Notes under the pieces: model-generated
The model's database searches: none
What the model was told of the DNA's origin: nothing
What the model saw: the letters and a program-made list of their open reading frames with translations, nothing else
In this document: positions 52,332 to 56,022 of the stretch, piece after piece
Layout of the letters: each line of letters begins with the position of its first letter
Position numbering within the stretch: position 1 is the first letter of the stretch
Translations under genes and position numbers: made by a program
IMG/VR virus record: IMGVR_UViG_3300024999_000052
Reading direction: 5' to 3' (one strand)
Source of the DNA: an uncultured virus (IMG/VR IMGVR_UViG_3300024999_000052)
Taxonomy: Duplodnaviria > Heunggongvirae > Uroviricota > Caudoviricetes
DNA length: 56,022 nucleotides

Positions 52332-54911
52332 TTGATTCCATATTTAAGAACCACAGATAAAAACACCATTAATTGTAATGCTGATTTAATAATATTGGAC
52401 TCAAATGAACCAATATTAATTTCTCTATGTGATTTGCATATCAAGAATAGAAAAATATGCTCTGATTTAATATCTCATTCATATCACATCGCACTTAGAG
52501 ACAGAGAAGATATATTCTTTGAGCAGTCATTATATGGTAGAGAAAATCATTATCGTTATAAATCTGATAGAATGGAAAATGATTTAACTCATACAATAAT
52601 TTATAATACTAAAATAAATGATTATTGTATTAATTGGAATAATGAAGACAAGAATGAGATTATTACAAAATATTTAAGGAATATTCATTATTTACCTGTT
52701 ACTAGTGAAATAGTTAAAATGATTTTAGATAAAGATGATGAAACAAATGCTAAATATAAAAGTAGTTATAGTAGTAATTATGGATGTGTTAGCGAATGTA
52801 CGGTTTATACAAATAATCCTTTATATACTGATTTAAAAGTTTATAAAGTTAATGTGACTTATTTTAAACAAAGTTTAAATGCTTTGACATTAGAAGGATA
52901 TGCAGAGGATTTTGATTGGAGTAAAATTGAAGATGTTCAGGATTACATATTTGCATTTTTAAATCCCATTAAAGAAAGATTAAAGCAGAATGTTAAAGTT
53001 TTGTTTGATCCTAAAAGAGTACATCCTAAGATATTTGAAGGAAAGATAGTTCCATCGAGTGGTCAAATTCCAATTATCCAAGGTGGATTGGAAATTTTAA
53101 AAAGAAGCAGATTTGTATATTTAGCTGCAGACCCAGGATTTGGTAAAACTAACGTGTCTGTTAAAATAAATAATTGTCATTTCTTTGATCGTAAAAATAG
53201 CTATGTTACTTTAGTACTAGCTCCTGCCATTACGCTTTCTCAGTGGAAAGATGAAATTAAATTAAGTATTAAGGATAAAGTAGATATTCATATTATTAAG
53301 AAGACATCTGAATTTATTCAAATATATAATAAAACTCAATTAAAATTTACAAAACCTACTTATTTTTTGGTTGGAAAAGAAACATTTAAGCTTGATGCAA
53401 AACGAATATCAGGAATAAATATTAAAACTATGAAAATTAAGCATAAAAAAGAAGTGCAAAGTGGGGGATATTATAATTATTCATCAATCAAAGAAGTTAC
53501 TGAAACGATTACAATGGCATGTTGCCCTGATTGCGGAAGACCACTACAGAATGAATTGAGAAAAAAGGAAGATGTATTTTTTACTGAAAAAGATTTTGAA
53601 GGAAATCCTAAGAAAAGTAATTACAAATGTAGTCAATGTAATGCAGTATTATGGCAAAGTACATACGACAAAACTAAGAAAAGTAGTTTAATTAGATTTA
53701 TTAAAACTAAAAATATACATTTTGATAGTATAATTTGCGATGAAATACATGAGCAAAATAATGCTTCGTCAATAATTTCTAACGCAACTCGAACATTATT
53801 TAATTATACTAAAAAAATATTGGCACTTTCAGGAACATCAAATTCTGGATACGCATCGTCTTTCCATAATTTATTACTGGGTTTAATACCAAATAAACTT
53901 AAAGAAAATAATGTTTTAGAAATAGAACAATTTATTAAAGCTTATGGAACATTAATGGCTGTTTCAAAAAAGAAAGATGGAGAATACTATAGGTCAGGTA
54001 GAAGTGAAATAAAAGATAGCGATTATCGTGAGATCGAGGGAATCAATGCGATTGTGTTCGGTAAATATCTTATAGAGAATTATATATTTGCTACACTAGA
54101 TGATCTATGTAAGGACTTACCTGATAAGAACGAATATTATATTCCAATTAGACAAACTGATGAGATGGAAAGAAATGAAAATAATTTATGGAACGAGATT
54201 AAATCCGCAAACGCTTTTAATGCTAAAATGTATGAGAGTTCGATTGTAGAACATTACATTAACAATCCTTTTAAATGGGACGGTATTGAAATTAACAAAG
54301 GAGAGGTTTGTACTTTTGTTCAACCTAAATGTATTAATGATTGTATCTTACCAAAAGAGCAAAAGTTATTAGATATTGTTTTACAAGAAGTTTCAGAGGG
54401 AAGAAAGTGCTGTATATATGTTGATTTTAATAATGGTGGAAAATATATGCAAGACAATACAATCTCAAAAAGAATTGAATTGCTATTAGTAAAAAATGGT
54501 ATCAGATGTTTTTTATTAAAGTCTTCTGTAGCTACTTATAATAGAAAAGAAGTATTAGACAAAAAGAAGGATTCTTTTGATGTTTTAATTACTAATGCAA
54601 AACTAGTAGAAGTTGGTCTAAATTTAGTTTACATACCTACATATATAAATTATATGCCTAGTTATATGGTTAATGTAGTAAGCCAAAGTGATTTAAGAGG
54701 TTATCGGATGAATAGTACACAAGAAAATAGAATTTATCATCTTTATTATGAAAATAGTTGTGAGAATGGAATTGCTAAAAGGTTTCAAAGAAAGATGGCA
54801 GAAAGTAAAGCGGTTAATGGTCAATTTGATGTTTGTTTAGAAGACGATGATACTATTCGTACTGCTAGTAAACTTGGTGAAAAGATTAACGAAGGAATAT
54901 GTGTAAAGTAA
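52332..54911 (+). CDS. SF2 (SNF2-like) helicase with zinc-finger insertion
   Basis: ADPGFGKT, CDEIHE, LSGT, VEVGLNL and QSDLRGYR motifs; CPDCG..CSQC. Confidence 0.88.
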   Translation: MIPYLRTTDKNTINCNADLIILDSNEPILISLCDLHIKNRKICSDLISHSYHIALRDREDIFFEQSLYGRENHYRYKSDRMENDLTHTIIYNTKINDYCINWNNEDKNEIITKYLRNIHYLPVTSEIVKMILDKDDETNAKYKSSYSSNYGCVSECTVYTNNPLYTDLKVYKVNVTYFKQSLNALTLEGYAEDFDWSKIEDVQDYIFAFLNPIKERLKQNVKVLFDPKRVHPKIFEGKIVPSSGQIPIIQGGLEILKRSRFVYLAADPGFGKTNVSVKINNCHFFDRKNSYVTLVLAPAITLSQWKDEIKLSIKDKVDIHIIKKTSEFIQIYNKTQLKFTKPTYFLVGKETFKLDAKRISGINIKTMKIKHKKEVQSGGYYNYSSIKEVTETITMACCPDCGRPLQNELRKKEDVFFTEKDFEGNPKKSNYKCSQCNAVLWQSTYDKTKKSSLIRFIKTKNIHFDSIICDEIHEQNNASSIISNATRTLFNYTKKILALSGTSNSGYASSFHNLLLGLIPNKLKENNVLEIEQFIKAYGTLMAVSKKKDGEYYRSGRSEIKDSDYREIEGINAIVFGKYLIENYIFATLDDLCKDLPDKNEYYIPIRQTDEMERNENNLWNEIKSANAFNAKMYESSIVEHYINNPFKWDGIEINKGEVCTFVQPKCINDCILPKEQKLLDIVLQEVSEGRKCCIYVDFNNGGKYMQDNTISKRIELLLVKNGIRCFLLKSSVATYNRKEVLDKKKDSFDVLITNAKLVEVGLNLVYIPTYINYMPSYMVNVVSQSDLRGYRMNSTQENRIYHLYYENSCENGIAKRFQRKMAESKAVNGQFDVCLEDDDTIRTASKLGEKINEGICVK

Positions 54912-54922
54912 AAAATAAAATA

Positions 54923-54951
54923 TTGACATTTATAATCAAATAGGTTATTAT
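54923..54951 (+). promoter_or_regulatory. Sigma-A promoter
   Basis: TTGACA-17nt-TATTAT. Confidence 0.65.
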
Positions 54952-54997
54952 TAGTATATGGATAAGAAATAAAAAAAACAAAGGAAGAGATACACAA

Positions 54998-55855
54998 ATG
55001 AAAAAATTACTTATCACATCAATTATTCCAATTCTAATATTATCAGGCTGTGGTGCTAAATCTAATCAAATCCAAAAACCTCAAACACAACAATCTCAAG
55101 ATGACGATGAAGAAATGGGATGGTTCGAGGATGAAGTTTTGGATCTTGATGATTGGGGAGAAAGCAAACACAAGAAAGTCAAATCTAAGACAAATACAGG
55201 CAGTTCTAATGTGACAAAACCATCTGTTGGTACAAAATCACCTACTGTCAAATCTGAGTCTAGTACAAGCAAAAAGAAGAGTTGAGAGGGATGTAAATAT
55301 AATTTAATTCAATTAAAATATTTCTTTTATGGTACAGAAAGGAGGACATATTGATTAAACTATATACTCAAGAAGTTACATCATGCTTAAATTGTCCCAA
55401 TGTATCTGTAAAACATAATGCAACAGGTAAAGGTGGAATACGTTTTAGCGAGTATAGATGTAGAGTTACTGAAACAAGAAATCATAATTATCAACTAATA
55501 CATAATGAAACTGATAGATATTCTTTTCCAGAGTGGTGTCCATTAATAGATGCTGATGAATATTCAAACTGTAATTGTAATACTCGTATAATAGATAAAG
55601 ATTAGAGTTAGGAGACTAAAAATGGATACAATTAAATTGCAAGACAATCACAAAAAAGCTTTAAGCAGTAAAGTAACTAAAGCAATTAATTCTATTCCAG
55701 AGGAAGACATTCAAGAAATGTTTTTAAATTATATTTCAAATGAGATTGACAACCTATATTCTGAAAGTAACTTTCAAGATATTGTAGAATCTCAATTAAG
55801 AGAAATTGTTAGAAACATGTTTATTGAAAAAGGATTATTAAAACCAGATAAGTAG
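54998..55855 (+). CDS. Lipoprotein (LSGC) and two hypothetical ORFs
   Basis: ORF track; lipobox motif. Confidence 0.65.
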
Positions 55856-56022
55856 TCGATTTCATCCTATATAAAATAATTTATTAGGGGGAAAAAAGGA
55901 AATAATAATGAAAAAATGGATTGGTATTATCTTATATATTATAGTAATGACAGCAATTTCTGATTATGTCCCTACTTCGTGGTTATATGTTTACGGTTTT
56001 GGAGCAGGAATTTTTAGTACGT

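Noticed and set aside
3755..52444. Minus-strand and alternate-frame ORFs in the ORF track (e.g. 7916-8179, 11378-11725, 23455-23886, 50538-50867)
   Set aside because: They are shadows of well-supported + strand genes, with no RBS and I/F/S-rich antisense composition.
1..56022. CRISPR arrays, tRNA and rRNA genes
   Set aside because: No regularly spaced direct repeats or cloverleaf/T-arm signatures were seen by eye; tRNAscan-SE and a CRISPR finder would be needed to exclude them.

Overview
AT-rich segment of a large temperate (pro)phage of a Firmicute, most likely a Clostridium-type host. Almost every real gene is on the + strand, with AGGAGG-type RBSs and sigma-A promoters. The gene content is SPbeta-like: YopX, a DndB/DGQHR protein next to an integrase-fold YopR/MrpR-like repressor, ATP-dependent ligase, a 3D-domain protein and many small hypothetical ORFs. 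Two stand-out systems. (1) At 13.4-23.8 kb, a phage-borne agr-type cyclic-peptide locus: agrB, DUF5317, two kinase-less membrane paralogs and an unannotated 39-aa agrD (CLAAW-HQP). It is interleaved with two MazF/PemK RNases and sits directly upstream of the sroE/sroF-like repressor genes, where SPbeta phages carry arbitrium, so it is a candidate new lysis-lysogeny communication system. (2) At 50.8-52.3 kb, a TnpB with no adjacent transposase. It lies between a synonymously recoded 3' end of a methyltransferase gene and a relic second version of that same 3' end, which is in the omegaRNA guide position. This looks like an RNA-guided homing element. Also seen: a recurring AAAA-N6-TTTT junction motif (three copies carry an extra arm), a candidate structured RNA, several homing endonucleases (one fused to a BRCT domain), candidate counter-defence genes (TARG1-like macrodomain, orphan VbhA antitoxin, Thg1-like, DenV-like) and at least 7 broken small genes. 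All family calls come from motif recognition by eye; no searches were run.
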